DNA of 64,000 nt from Acidimicrobiia bacterium (lineage in GTDB: Bacteria > Actinomycetota > Acidimicrobiia > Spongiisociales > UBA11373): positions 44,164-108,163 of the forward strand of contig JBBEAX010000038.1 in NCBI GenBank assembly GCA_040882645.1, in the 5' to 3' direction. The translations under genes were made by a program, and so were the position numbers. Of the stretch, positions 55,271 to 64,000 are shown piece after piece (the first letter of the stretch is position 1; every line of letters starts with the position of its first letter). Under the pieces are notes generated by a model. The model saw only the letters and a list, made by a program, of their open reading frames with translations. It was not told the DNA's origin and ran no database searches.

Positions 55271-55840
55271 GTGCTTATGGCCGACCAGGCCACGTTCGAA
55301 TCCGATATGACCGAGATTCTTCCGCAGCTGTATTCCGCTGCGCTGAGGATGACGCGCAATCCGTCCGATGCCGAGGACGTGCTCCAGGAGGCCCTCCTCA
55401 AGGCGTACCGGGGGTATCACACGTTCCAGTCCGGCACGAATCTGCGAGCGTGGCTCTACCGGATCCTCACCAATACCTTCATCAACCGCTATCGACAGGC
55501 GACCCGACGCCCCAGCGAGGTGGAACTCGGCGATCTCGAGGATCTGTACCTGTACCAGCGGATGGGCGAGCCGGGACCCGGCGGAGCAGAGCGCAGCGCC
55601 GAGGACGAGGCCCTCGAGTCGATCGTGGACGAGGACATCAAGGCGGCCCTCGAGTCCCTTCCGGAGAACTTCAGGATCCCGGTGCTCCTGGCCGACGTCG
55701 AAGGTTTCTCGTACAAGGAGATCGCCGAAATGATGGATACGCCTATCGGCACAGTGATGTCGCGGCTCCATCGGGGAAGAAAGGCGCTGCAAAAGGCGTT
55801 GTGGGACTTTGCAGAAGAACGAGGCATCGCCGAATCATGA
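55271..55840 (+). CDS. sigH: ECF sigma factor, SigH/SigR-like
   Basis: Region 2 is [33 protein letters not shown]...[16 protein letters not shown]. Region 4 is [37 protein letters not shown] anti-sigma gene follows. Confidence 0.88.
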   Translation: MLMADQATFESDMTEILPQLYSAALRMTRNPSDAEDVLQEALLKAYRGYHTFQSGTNLRAWLYRILTNTFINRYRQATRRPSEVELGDLEDLYLYQRMGEPGPGGAERSAEDEALESIVDEDIKAALESLPENFRIPVLLADVEGFSYKEIAEMMDTPIGTVMSRLHRGRKALQKALWDFAEERGIAES

Positions 55841-56079
55841 ATTGCAACGAGGCTCACGGCCAGCTGTACTCTTTCATCGACGGCGAGTCGCACCTCGTCG
55901 GCCGGTTTCGAATTCGCTGGCATCTGCGGCGTTGCCCGCCTTGCGGTGATGGGTTCCGGTTCGAAGAGGCTCTGAAGCTCCGGATACGGCAGTGCTGTAG
56001 GGACGAGATGCCGCCGGAACTACCGATGCGGCTCATGACGTTCATCCATGAACATGATTCCGACGGGAGTGTGGGGTAG
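55837..56079 (+). CDS. rshA: zinc-binding anti-sigma factor (ZAS; RshA/RsrA-like)
   Basis: ATGA overlap with sigH. Has the HxxxCxxC motif (HLRRCPPC) plus an N-terminal Cys. Confidence 0.8.
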   Translation: MNCNEAHGQLYSFIDGESHLVGRFRIRWHLRRCPPCGDGFRFEEALKLRIRQCCRDEMPPELPMRLMTFIHEHDSDGSVG

Positions 56080-56114
56080 CCTGCAGGGCTCCGCCCCTCC
56101 TTTGGAGGTAAGAA

Positions 56115-56309
56115 ATGTCATCCGAGATCATGAAGGGCAATCGAGTCCAAGGGAAGCTCCGTGCTCCCAAGACGACCGATGGCACCCGTGTCTGTGAAGA
56201 CGACAACTGCGTGACCCTGCTCTCCCGGTACAACAAGCGGGCGCACTGTTACGCACACACCCCGACCAGGTTTCCTCGCCTCCGCGGCCGGATCGTCCCG
56301 GAGAGCTGA
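56115..56309 (+). CDS. small Cys/His-containing hypothetical protein (64 aa)
   Basis: GGAGG lies 7 nt upstream. The CEDDNC ... CYAH spacing suggests a zinc ribbon. Family not recognised. Confidence 0.5.
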   Translation: MSSEIMKGNRVQGKLRAPKTTDGTRVCEDDNCVTLLSRYNKRAHCYAHTPTRFPRLRGRIVPES

Positions 56310-56364
56310 GAGGACTTCGGCGCGGGCTGCTTCGTGCGGTCCCGGTGCGGGTAATCTCGCGGTC

Positions 56365-56631
56365 ATGACCCGCGCTCGCACGCTGATCCTTCTCCTGCTC
56401 CTCTCGTTCGCGTTGGGGGTGCTGCCGGCCACGGCGCAAGAGGACCCAGCCCCGAGCAACGAACCGGCGGTGGTGGTGGGTGAGGAGCCCGCGCCACCTG
56501 CCGAGGATGCCTGGACCTTCCGCTTCCTCGTGCCGACTCTTCTGGTGATCACGGGTATCGCCATCGCCGGTGTGATTCTCGGGTACGGGGTGAGGGTCAA
56601 GGGCCGCTATCGCGTGTCGCAGGAAACGTGA
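56365..56631 (+). CDS. small exported/membrane hypothetical protein (88 aa)
   Basis: Signal peptide LLLLLLSFALGVLPATA, a Pro/Glu-rich linker and a C-terminal TM segment. Its stop overlaps the next gene. Confidence 0.45.
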   Translation: MTRARTLILLLLLSFALGVLPATAQEDPAPSNEPAVVVGEEPAPPAEDAWTFRFLVPTLLVITGIAIAGVILGYGVRVKGRYRVSQET

Positions 56632-57659
56632 TCAATTGGAACGTCGCTGCCCGGGTTGCCCGGCGGATGGCGGGATCACATCCCCTCGAAGAGTCCTACC
56701 ACTTCGATCTGCTGGCCCGCCAGGCCCCTCGCCTGGTCGAAGAGGCCTCGCAGCTGGTGGCGGACGAAACCGGACTGGCCTGGTCGGGCACCCCCACCGT
56801 GGCGGTGCTTGCCCGATCCGAGTGGGCAACGGCCAACATCGCCTCCTTCGGACGGCTGCTTGCCCATGCCGAACGGAAGCTCCAACAGGCGCCCGGCGGA
56901 GGCCTCGGCCACCGGATGATGTCGCGTCTGCTCGGGGCCGAGGTCGGCGCGCTCGTGGGCGTACTCGCCCGACGGGTCCTCGGCCAGTACGAGCTGGTAC
57001 TGCCCTCGGGCGACGACGACGCCGGCGACACTGTGATGTTCGTCGGGGCGAATGTTCTTTGGATGGAGCGCCAGTTCGAATTCCGGCCCGACGAGTTCCG
57101 CTTCTGGGTCGCCCTGCACGAATGCACCCACCGATTGCAGTTCACCGGCGTCCCGTGGCTTCAGGGCTACTTCTTCGAGTTGGTCAGCGGGCTTGTCGAG
57201 TCTTCGAATCCAGAACCGGGGCGCATCCAGCGGATCGCCGGCGAGATGAGGTCGGCTGCTCGGGAGGGAAGGCCGATCGTCGACGAGTCCGGGATCATGG
57301 GGATCATCGCTTCCCCGGAGCAACGGCAGGTGATCGACCGCGTCCAGGCCCTCATGTCGCTCCTCGAAGGCCACGGCCACGTGGTGATGGACCGCATCGG
57401 CGCCAGGCGGCTTGTCAGCCAGGACCGGATGTCGCGAATGCTCAAGCAGCGCCGTAAGGATCCCCGTACCGCCGCCTTCTTCCGTCTCACCGGCCTCGAG
57501 TTGAAGATGAAGCAATACGAGATGGGGGAGCGGTTCATCCTCGATGTCGAGCGCACCGCTGGCTTCTCCGCGCTCGATGCGGTGTGGGAGAGCGCGGACC
57601 ACCTTCCAACCCTCGCCGAGATCAGGGCACCGAGGCGATGGCTCGAACGGGTGGGTTGA
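56628..57659 (+). CDS. zinc-dependent metalloprotease (DUF2342-type)
   Basis: HExxH motif in WVALHECTHRLQF. Has the conserved actinobacterial position upstream of tilS. Confidence 0.72.
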   Translation: MINWNVAARVARRMAGSHPLEESYHFDLLARQAPRLVEEASQLVADETGLAWSGTPTVAVLARSEWATANIASFGRLLAHAERKLQQAPGGGLGHRMMSRLLGAEVGALVGVLARRVLGQYELVLPSGDDDAGDTVMFVGANVLWMERQFEFRPDEFRFWVALHECTHRLQFTGVPWLQGYFFELVSGLVESSNPEPGRIQRIAGEMRSAAREGRPIVDESGIMGIIASPEQRQVIDRVQALMSLLEGHGHVVMDRIGARRLVSQDRMSRMLKQRRKDPRTAAFFRLTGLELKMKQYEMGERFILDVERTAGFSALDAVWESADHLPTLAEIRAPRRWLERVG

Positions 57660-58909
57660 CCGCACCCGAACTCGACGCGTTCGTCGCGACGGTGGTGCCC
57701 CGGCTCCCCGATTCCCCGGTGGTGGTCGCCCTCAGTGGCGGGGCCGACTCGGCGGCGTTGGCCTTTGCGGTTGTGTCGCGGGGCGGCCCGGCCCGGGCGA
57801 TCACCGTCCACCATCACCTTCCGGGCTCCGCGGCGATGGTCCAAGCCGCAGCCAGAATCGCTGACCGTCTCGGTTTGCCTCATCAGGTGATCGATGTCGC
57901 GGGCGGGGAGTCCGAGACCGAACTGCGGGAGCGCCGATTGGCGGCGATCGAATCGATCTTGCGCGATGGCGAGACCGTGGTCACCGGCCATACCCGTGAC
58001 GATCAGGCGGAGACGGTGCTCGGCAACCTCCTGCGCGGAACAGGGCCGTCGGGGCTGGCAGGCATCCCGTACAGTCGTGGCGCGTGGGTGCGTCCCATGC
58101 TCGACATCCCGCGAGCGACTGCCCGTGAGGTCGCCACGCTCGCCGACCTCGCTTTCGCGGACGATCCGCAGAACGACGACCCCGCGATTCGTCGCAACCG
58201 GCTGCGGTCCGAGACCATCCCCGCCCTCGCCAGGGCATTCAACCCGGAGCTCCTTGCGGCGTTGGCCCGCACCGGCCAACTGGCGGCAGCCGACGATGCG
58301 CTCCTCGGTCGACGAGCCGAAGTCGTTCCCCTCAGATGGGATGAGGGGGCAGTGTTGATCCCGGTCGCCGCCCTCACTGCCCTCCCGCAGCCGATTGCGT
58401 CTCGGGTGGTGCGTCGCGCGTTGAGGCTGATGCTCGACCCGTACCCCGGCACCTCTGCCGATGTCGCCGCCGTGCTCGGGGCGGTGGCAGGTACTCCTGC
58501 TTCGGTGTCCGGCGGACTCATTGCTGCGCGAGAAGGCCCCTACGTGGCGCTCCATCGGGGAGACGATCATGAGACGCTCGAACCCGTCGAGCTGAGTGTT
58601 CCGGGCGCGGCGCGCTTCGGTGGGTGGAGGATCGAGTCGGGGAAGGTGGGGCTGGGCAGGCATGGAGCCATGATCGACGCCGACGGTCCGTTGGTGGTCC
58701 GGGCCGTTCGGCCCGGTGACCGAATCAGCATCCGCGGTGGTACCAAGAAGGTGTCCGACGCTCTCGGGGAGGCCGGCGTGCCCCTCCGTCTTCGAGCCCG
58801 GTGGCCGGTTGTCGAGTCGGGTGGAAGAATCGCCTGGCTCGTGTCGATCCGGGCTTCCGACGAACGGAAAGGGGACGTTGGTATGGCGGCGAAGAGGTTG
58901 TCGGGATGA
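57638..58909 (+). CDS. tilS: tRNA(Ile)-lysidine synthetase
   Basis: PP-loop VVALSGGADSAAL, then GHTRDDQAETVL. The exact start is uncertain. Confidence 0.85.
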   Translation: MARTGGLTAPELDAFVATVVPRLPDSPVVVALSGGADSAALAFAVVSRGGPARAITVHHHLPGSAAMVQAAARIADRLGLPHQVIDVAGGESETELRERRLAAIESILRDGETVVTGHTRDDQAETVLGNLLRGTGPSGLAGIPYSRGAWVRPMLDIPRATAREVATLADLAFADDPQNDDPAIRRNRLRSETIPALARAFNPELLAALARTGQLAAADDALLGRRAEVVPLRWDEGAVLIPVAALTALPQPIASRVVRRALRLMLDPYPGTSADVAAVLGAVAGTPASVSGGLIAAREGPYVALHRGDDHETLEPVELSVPGAARFGGWRIESGKVGLGRHGAMIDADGPLVVRAVRPGDRISIRGGTKKVSDALGEAGVPLRLRARWPVVESGGRIAWLVSIRASDERKGDVGMAAKRLSG

Positions 58910-59430
58910 TGCGTCCCGGCCGCGTCCTGGTCGACGAGGACGCGATTGCATTGCGCCTCGCCGAGATGGGCCGGCAGATCACTGTCGACTACGAAGGCAA
59001 GGATCTGTTGCTGGTGGCGGTGCTCAAGGGCGCGTTCATGATGATGGCGGATCTCGCCCGCCACATCCGACTTCCGGTCGACATCGACTTCATGGCCGTG
59101 TCCTCGTACGGGGCTGCCACCGAGACGTCCGGAGTCGTGCGGATCCTCAAGGATCTGGAGCAGGAGATCGCCGGTCGCCACGTCCTCATCGTCGAAGACA
59201 TCATCGATTCGGGCCTCACCCTCGATTATCTGCGCCGCAACCTCGAGGTGCGGCAGCCGGCATCGCTGGAGATCGTGGCGCTGCTGATGAAGACCGGACT
59301 CCAGCGGGTGCCGATCGAGGTCAAGTACATCGGATTCGAGATCCCTCCCGACTTCGTCGTCGGTTACGGACTCGACCTAGTCGGCAAGATGAGGAATCTT
59401 CCGTATGTGGCGGTGATGGAGGAGGAGTAG
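58906..59430 (+). CDS. hpt: hypoxanthine phosphoribosyltransferase
   Basis: PRPP-binding motif VLIVEDIIDSGLTL, plus KGAFMMMADL. ATGA overlap with tilS. Confidence 0.9.
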   Translation: MMRPGRVLVDEDAIALRLAEMGRQITVDYEGKDLLLVAVLKGAFMMMADLARHIRLPVDIDFMAVSSYGAATETSGVVRILKDLEQEIAGRHVLIVEDIIDSGLTLDYLRRNLEVRQPASLEIVALLMKTGLQRVPIEVKYIGFEIPPDFVVGYGLDLVGKMRNLPYVAVMEEE

Positions 59431-59556
59431 CGGCAGTGGCGAGCAGCGAGCGGTATGCAGCACGCTCGCGCTTCGGGGTGGGCATCAACTTCTAAGGTCC
59501 TGGTCCCGATAGCATGGCTTCCCTATCTTCTTCGTCCGGGGACTGGACTTGAGGTC

Positions 59557-61470
59557 GTGAGCAAAACCGTCCGCACCGTGTTGGTTTACCTGGTGGTCGC
59601 CACGGTGGCGATCATGCTGGTCAATACGTTCGTCTCCTCGGCGACTGCGCCCGAGGAGATCACGCTCGACCAGTTCCAAGCGCAGCTTGCCGCCGGTCAG
59701 GTCGAATCGGTGACCATCAAGCAGAAGTCGAACGTGATCACCGGGTCCTTCACCGAGGAGGCCGGGGGCGGGCGCTTCGAGTCGATCTTCCCCGACGGCT
59801 ACGAGGGCGATCTGACCTCCCTGGTTCTGGCGAGCGACGTGACGGTCAACATCGAATCCGAGAATCCGGGGATCTTCCAGTGGTTCCTGGCCTTCCTGCC
59901 GTATGTCCTGATCTTCGGGGTGTTCATCTTCATCCTGATGCAGATGCAGGGCGGCGGCAATCGGGTCATGTCGTTCGGCAAGGCCAAGGCGCGGCAGGTC
60001 ACCCGCGACATGCCCAAGGTCACTTTCCAAGACGTTGCCGGGGCCGAGGAGGCGGTGGAAGAGCTCTACGAGATCAAGGAGTTCCTCGCCAAGCCGCAGA
60101 AGTTCCGGGCGATGGGCGCCAAGATCCCCAAGGGGGTCCTGCTCTACGGCCCTCCGGGAACCGGTAAGACCCTGCTCGCCAGGGCGGTGGCGGGCGAGGC
60201 CGGGGTTCCCTTCTTCTCGATCTCGGGTTCTGAGTTTGTCGAGATGTTCGTCGGAGTGGGCGCCAGCCGGGTGCGCGACCTCTTCGAACAGGCCAAGGCC
60301 CAGGCACCCGCGATTATCTTCGTCGATGAGATCGATGCCGTCGGCCGGCACCGCGGCGCGGGGCTTGGCGGCGGCCATGACGAGCGGGAGCAGACGCTCA
60401 ACCAGCTGCTGGTGGAGATGGACGGCTTCGACGTGAAGACGGGGGTGATCCTCATCGCGGCCACCAACCGGCCAGACATTCTCGACCCTGCGTTGCTGCG
60501 TCCCGGGCGCTTCGACCGCCAGATCGTCGTCGACCGCCCCGACATCAAGGGACGGGAGAAGATTCTCGAGGTCCACGCAAAGGGCAAGCCCCTCGCCCCC
60601 GAGGTCGACCTGAAGGTGATCGCCCGCTCCACCCCCGGCTTCACCGGCGCCGACCTGGCGAACACCATCAACGAGGCGGCACTTCTCTCCGCCCGCCGCG
60701 ATCGCGATGTCATCGGCCAGGCCGAGCTGGAGGAGGCGATCGATCGCGTCATGGCCGGTCCGGAGCGACGGAGCAAGGTGATGACCGACGAAGAGAAGAA
60801 GCTCACCGCGTACCACGAAGGCGGCCATGCTCTGGTGGGCCACGCCCTGCCTCATGCCGACCCCGTGCACAAGGTGACGATCATTCCCCGCGGTCGAGCG
60901 GGCGGTTACACCCGTTCGCTCCCGCTGCAGGACAAGAGTTATCAGCGGCGCAGCGAGCTGGTCGACTCACTCGCCCAGGCGCTCGGCGGTCGAACGGCTG
61001 AAGAGATCGTGTTTGGCGACCCATCGACGGGTGCCTACAACGACATCGAGCAGGCGACGGAGATGGCGCGTTCGATGGTCATGGAGCACGGCATGAGCGA
61101 CAAAGTCGGGCCGATGCGGTACGGCACTCCGAAGGCACAGGTGTTTCTTGGGCGGGACTACAACCAGTCGGTCGACTACTCCGACGAGGTAGCGGAGATG
61201 ATCGACTCGGAGATCCGCAAGCTGATCACCCAGGCCCACGATGAGGCCCGGGCGATCTTGCTCTTCCACCGTGACGGACTCGATAGGATCGCCGAAGCGT
61301 TGCTCGAACGAGAGACGCTTTACGCCGCCGACATCGCCGAGATACTCAGTGACGTTCCGAAATGGGAGCACGCGGCAAACGGGTCGATGAGGATCCAGGC
61401 TCCGAAGGGCGAGTTGGCGCGCGGTGGCGTGGCAGCTGCCACCACATCCGATGGAGGCGCAACCTCCTGA
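59557..61470 (+). CDS. ftsH: ATP-dependent zinc metalloprotease FtsH
   Basis: Two N-terminal TM segments, Walker [12 protein letters not shown], the SRH region, and the HEGGHAL zinc site. Confidence 0.93.
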   Translation: MSKTVRTVLVYLVVATVAIMLVNTFVSSATAPEEITLDQFQAQLAAGQVESVTIKQKSNVITGSFTEEAGGGRFESIFPDGYEGDLTSLVLASDVTVNIESENPGIFQWFLAFLPYVLIFGVFIFILMQMQGGGNRVMSFGKAKARQVTRDMPKVTFQDVAGAEEAVEELYEIKEFLAKPQKFRAMGAKIPKGVLLYGPPGTGKTLLARAVAGEAGVPFFSISGSEFVEMFVGVGASRVRDLFEQAKAQAPAIIFVDEIDAVGRHRGAGLGGGHDEREQTLNQLLVEMDGFDVKTGVILIAATNRPDILDPALLRPGRFDRQIVVDRPDIKGREKILEVHAKGKPLAPEVDLKVIARSTPGFTGADLANTINEAALLSARRDRDVIGQAELEEAIDRVMAGPERRSKVMTDEEKKLTAYHEGGHALVGHALPHADPVHKVTIIPRGRAGGYTRSLPLQDKSYQRRSELVDSLAQALGGRTAEEIVFGDPSTGAYNDIEQATEMARSMVMEHGMSDKVGPMRYGTPKAQVFLGRDYNQSVDYSDEVAEMIDSEIRKLITQAHDEARAILLFHRDGLDRIAEALLERETLYAADIAEILSDVPKWEHAANGSMRIQAPKGELARGGVAAATTSDGGATS

Positions 61471-61550
61471 TCCTGCGGCGCCAATTCGAGCCCACCCGTT
61501 GGCCGGTCGGACTCGGCAACGTCCTCACCAATGCCGATCACACCCTGGTC

Positions 61551-62339
61551 ATGGGGATTCTCAACGTGACCCCGGACTCGTTCTCAGATGGCGGCCGGTT
61601 CCTGGCATTCGACGCCGCGGTGGCGCACGGGTTGAAGATGGCGGAGGAGGGAGCCGACCTGGTCGATGTCGGGGGCGAGTCCACCCGCCCCGGTGCGACG
61701 CCGGTCGAGGCCGAAGCAGAGATCGAGAGGGTGGTGCCGGTGGTGCGGGCATTGGCTTCGGCGGGAGTCCTGGTCTCGGTGGATACCTCGAAGGCCGCGG
61801 TGGCGGACCAGGCGATCGAGGCGGGGGCGGTGGTCGTCAACGATGTCACCTCACTGACGGATCCCGGAATGGCTGGCGTGGTCGCCAGGTCGGGATCCGG
61901 CGTCGTGTTGATGCACATGCTCGGGGACCCCAGGACGATGCAGCAGGACCCGCAGTTCGGCGATGTCGTGACCGAGGTGTCCAACTTTCTGGCGGAACGG
62001 GCGCAGTGGGCGATCTCGCAGGGCATCGACCGAGAACGGATCTGCCTCGACCCGGGCATCGGGTTCGGTAAGACGGTCGCCCACAACCTCGATCTGATCG
62101 CCTCGGGGGTCTCGAGGCTGGCCGATTCAGGGTTCCCGGTGCTGGTCGGGGCCTCCCGGAAGTCGTTTATCGAGCGGGTGCTGGGCCCCATCCCGGTCGA
62201 CGAACGTGATGGGGCCTCGGGGGCTGCCCACGTGCTGGCGATAGCCGCCGGAGCCAGCGCCATTCGTGTACACAACGTGGTCGAGGGACTGCGCTCAGCG
62301 CGAATAGCCGACGCTATCGTGAGGGGTGAAGCCCCATGA
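61551..62339 (+). CDS. folP: dihydropteroate synthase
   Basis: Contains MGILNVTPDSFSDGG, DVGGESTRPGA and DPGIGFGK. ATG 61551 is the first plausible start after the ftsH stop. Confidence 0.88.
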   Translation: MGILNVTPDSFSDGGRFLAFDAAVAHGLKMAEEGADLVDVGGESTRPGATPVEAEAEIERVVPVVRALASAGVLVSVDTSKAAVADQAIEAGAVVVNDVTSLTDPGMAGVVARSGSGVVLMHMLGDPRTMQQDPQFGDVVTEVSNFLAERAQWAISQGIDRERICLDPGIGFGKTVAHNLDLIASGVSRLADSGFPVLVGASRKSFIERVLGPIPVDERDGASGAAHVLAIAAGASAIRVHNVVEGLRSARIADAIVRGEAP

Positions 62340-62818
62340 TCATGACCGGACTCGAACCCCGCGGATTCACGTGGGTGATCGCCAATCGCCTGGCCGTGTC
62401 GGAGCGTATCGGGGGATACGGATTCCAACATCGTCGCGTCCGCCGCGAAGAGGAGATCGCCTGGCTCAAACACGCGGGCATCAAGGCGGTGCTTTCCCTG
62501 CTCGAGGGCAACCAGAACCTCGCCGCCTATCACGCCGCCGGCATCGACGCCGTCAATGAGCCGCTCGTCGAATTGGAACCGGATGCGGTCCGCAGGGTGT
62601 TCCGGGCCATGACCGAACTGACCTCGAAGCGCAACTCGGTGCTGCTGGTCCATCGCGACCTGGTCGATGACACCGTTGCCGGGGTGCTCGCCGGTTTCCT
62701 GATCCACTCGGGGCGCGTCAAGGATCCGATCATGGCGACGGCGCTGGTGCAGGAGATCCTGAAGCGCCCCCTCGGTCCTGAGGCGCGAGCGATCATCCCC
62801 CTCTCGACGGGATCCTGA
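62336..62818 (+). CDS. dual-specificity-phosphatase-like protein with degenerate P-loop (occupies the folB slot)
   Basis: ATGA overlap with folP. The layout follows DSP/PTP-like phosphatases, but HCxxxxxR is replaced by HRDLVDDT. No T-fold FolB motifs seen. Confidence 0.55.
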   Translation: MIMTGLEPRGFTWVIANRLAVSERIGGYGFQHRRVRREEEIAWLKHAGIKAVLSLLEGNQNLAAYHAAGIDAVNEPLVELEPDAVRRVFRAMTELTSKRNSVLLVHRDLVDDTVAGVLAGFLIHSGRVKDPIMATALVQEILKRPLGPEARAIIPLSTGS

Positions 62819-62861
62819 GACGCGCGTCGCCATCGGGCTTGGCTCGAATCTCGGCGACCGG

Positions 62862-63332
62862 ATGGGCAATCTGGCTGCCGCCGTCGAATCCCTGGCTGAA
62901 CACGGAGAGTTGCTCGGGGTCTCATCGGTCTGGGAGACGGCACCGGTCGGCGGTCCGCTGCAGGATGACTACCTGAACGCGGTGGCGGTGATCCACACCG
63001 TGCTCGGTCCCCGGCCCCTGCTCGAAGCCTGTCTGGAAATCGAACGTGCCGTTGGCCGGGAGCGTCGCGAGCGGTGGGGTGCGCGCTTGCTCGACCTCGA
63101 CCTACTGCTCTATTCCGATGCCGTCATCGACGCGCCCGGGTTGCGAATCCCTCACCCCAGGATGACCGCGCGACGGTTCGTGCTCGCACCGCTCGTCGAG
63201 GTCTGGCCGCGGGCTGAGGTTCCCGGCCACGGCGCCGCCAGCGACCTGCTCGGCGCAGTGGTCGGCCAGGAGGCTCGGATCGTCGGACGGTTTCCTTCCC
63301 CCCAGGGGCCGGTGGAGGAGACCCTCAGTTGA
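62862..63332 (+). CDS. folK: 2-amino-4-hydroxy-6-hydroxymethyldihydropterin pyrophosphokinase (coordinates = first canonical start; true N-terminus lies upstream)
   Basis: HPPK blocks include WGARLLDLDLL and IPHPRMTARRFVLAPL. The conserved N-terminal strand RVAIGLGSNLGDR is encoded in frame at 62823-62861, upstream of the first ATG/GTG/TTG. Confidence 0.85.
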   Translation: MGNLAAAVESLAEHGELLGVSSVWETAPVGGPLQDDYLNAVAVIHTVLGPRPLLEACLEIERAVGRERRERWGARLLDLDLLLYSDAVIDAPGLRIPHPRMTARRFVLAPLVEVWPRAEVPGHGAASDLLGAVVGQEARIVGRFPSPQGPVEETLS

Positions 63333-63927
63333 GCCCGCGGGAGTCCTGCTTCAGGGCGGTGTCGACGCCGACCGCTGCCGCAAAGGCGAGCAGGCGGAGC
63401 GGCCCGGTGAGCGACGGCGAGACCTCTAGCAAGTAGTTGTCGGCGGTGGTGAAGATGGTCTTCGCGAAGCCTTCCCATGTCTTCGTGATGCGGCCCACCT
63501 CCGCCTCGAACTGGTCGACGATGGCAAAGTTCCACGCCCGCCAGTTCTCGGCCCGGATCTCGCCGAGCTTCTCATCGGTGCTGCCGTGGAGCCCGAATCG
63601 GATCTTGCCGAATACGTTCTGTTGGCGGATCGTTCCGGCGAGGCGCCCCGCCCCGTCATACACCTCCACCGTCGACTTGACGATCTTGCGGGGGCGCACG
63701 ATCTCGAGCACCTTCGACCCCTCGGTGTCATAGGCGGCCAACTTATGGGTCATGAATTGATCCACCGATGACACGAAACGCGCCAGTTTCTTCAGGGTGG
63801 TCTGCCCCTCCTGGCGAATCACGCCGATCTCGGTGCCCTCAGGATCCCTGATGAGGTACTCGTTGGTGAGTTCGATGAGCTTCGGTTTCTGATTTATGAC
63901 GATTCGGGGGTGGTCGAGGAGGTTCAT
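63325..63927 (-). CDS. scramblase / LURP-one-related (tubby-like fold) family protein
   Basis: 200-aa beta-rich protein with repeated x-hydrophobic strand patterns and a C-terminal helix, typical of bacterial PLSCR/LURP1-like proteins. Assigned by eye. Confidence 0.6.
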   Translation of the reverse strand: MNLLDHPRIVINQKPKLIELTNEYLIRDPEGTEIGVIRQEGQTTLKKLARFVSSVDQFMTHKLAAYDTEGSKVLEIVRPRKIVKSTVEVYDGAGRLAGTIRQQNVFGKIRFGLHGSTDEKLGEIRAENWRAWNFAIVDQFEAEVGRITKTWEGFAKTIFTTADNYLLEVSPSLTGPLRLLAFAAAVGVDTALKQDSRGLN

Positions 63928-64000
63928 GTCACACGACGGTAGTGACTCCCTGCGAGCACCGAATGGCGGGCGTGGTGGGCTCGCGTAGAATGAACCGCGT

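Noticed and set aside
55046-55271. tRNA-Thr as an integration site of a genomic island.
   Set aside because: There is no integrase, no direct repeat of the tRNA 3' end downstream that I could see, and the flanking genes (sigH-rshA, tilS, hpt, ftsH) are core genes in conserved order.

Overview
This is a high-GC bacterial chromosomal segment, densely coding, with about 65 genes and one tRNA. The gene order looks actinobacterial: topA-(MFS)-tmk-holB, tilS-hpt-ftsH-folP-folK, sigH/rshA-like pair, and a Tad-like locus next to a DEVH helicase. That taxonomic reading is inference from synteny only. In order, the window holds hutU/hutI, a glycerophosphodiesterase, a BMP-type nucleoside ABC importer with adenosine deaminase, and ArsR+MFS. 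Next come a sucrose-phosphate synthase/phosphatase-like pair, msrA, and a Tad/Flp-like secretion locus with a DUF1998 helicase. These are followed by an ECF sigma with a GerMN membrane protein, a MazF/RHH toxin-antitoxin pair, and a large ion-homeostasis block (P2-type ATPase, NhaA, two tandem Trk systems, H+-PPase). The window ends with topA, tmk, holB, lipid and acyl-CoA genes, a CPH-type copper ATPase with a divergent cytochrome c, tRNA-Thr, sigH/rshA, tilS, hpt, ftsH and a folate cluster. I saw no prophage, CRISPR array or transposase. The most unusual signal is non-coding. Most intergenic spacers are filled with tandem repeats whose unit length is exactly 7 nt. There are several unrelated unit sequences, often arranged as inverted arms or nested hairpins, plus dispersed 17-55 nt boxes. 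Secondary points are: a phosphatase-like ORF without the catalytic Cys sits in the folB slot; folK has its conserved N-terminus upstream of any canonical start codon; a ~90-nt two-tier palindrome lies in the topA leader; an orphan CsoR-like 29-bp palindrome lies at the copper ATPase; a SigH-type promoter lies at msrA; and two small unannotated ORFs exist (a Flp-like pilin and a 43-aa peptide inside a trk operon). All functional calls come from reading the translations and motifs by eye, with no database search.
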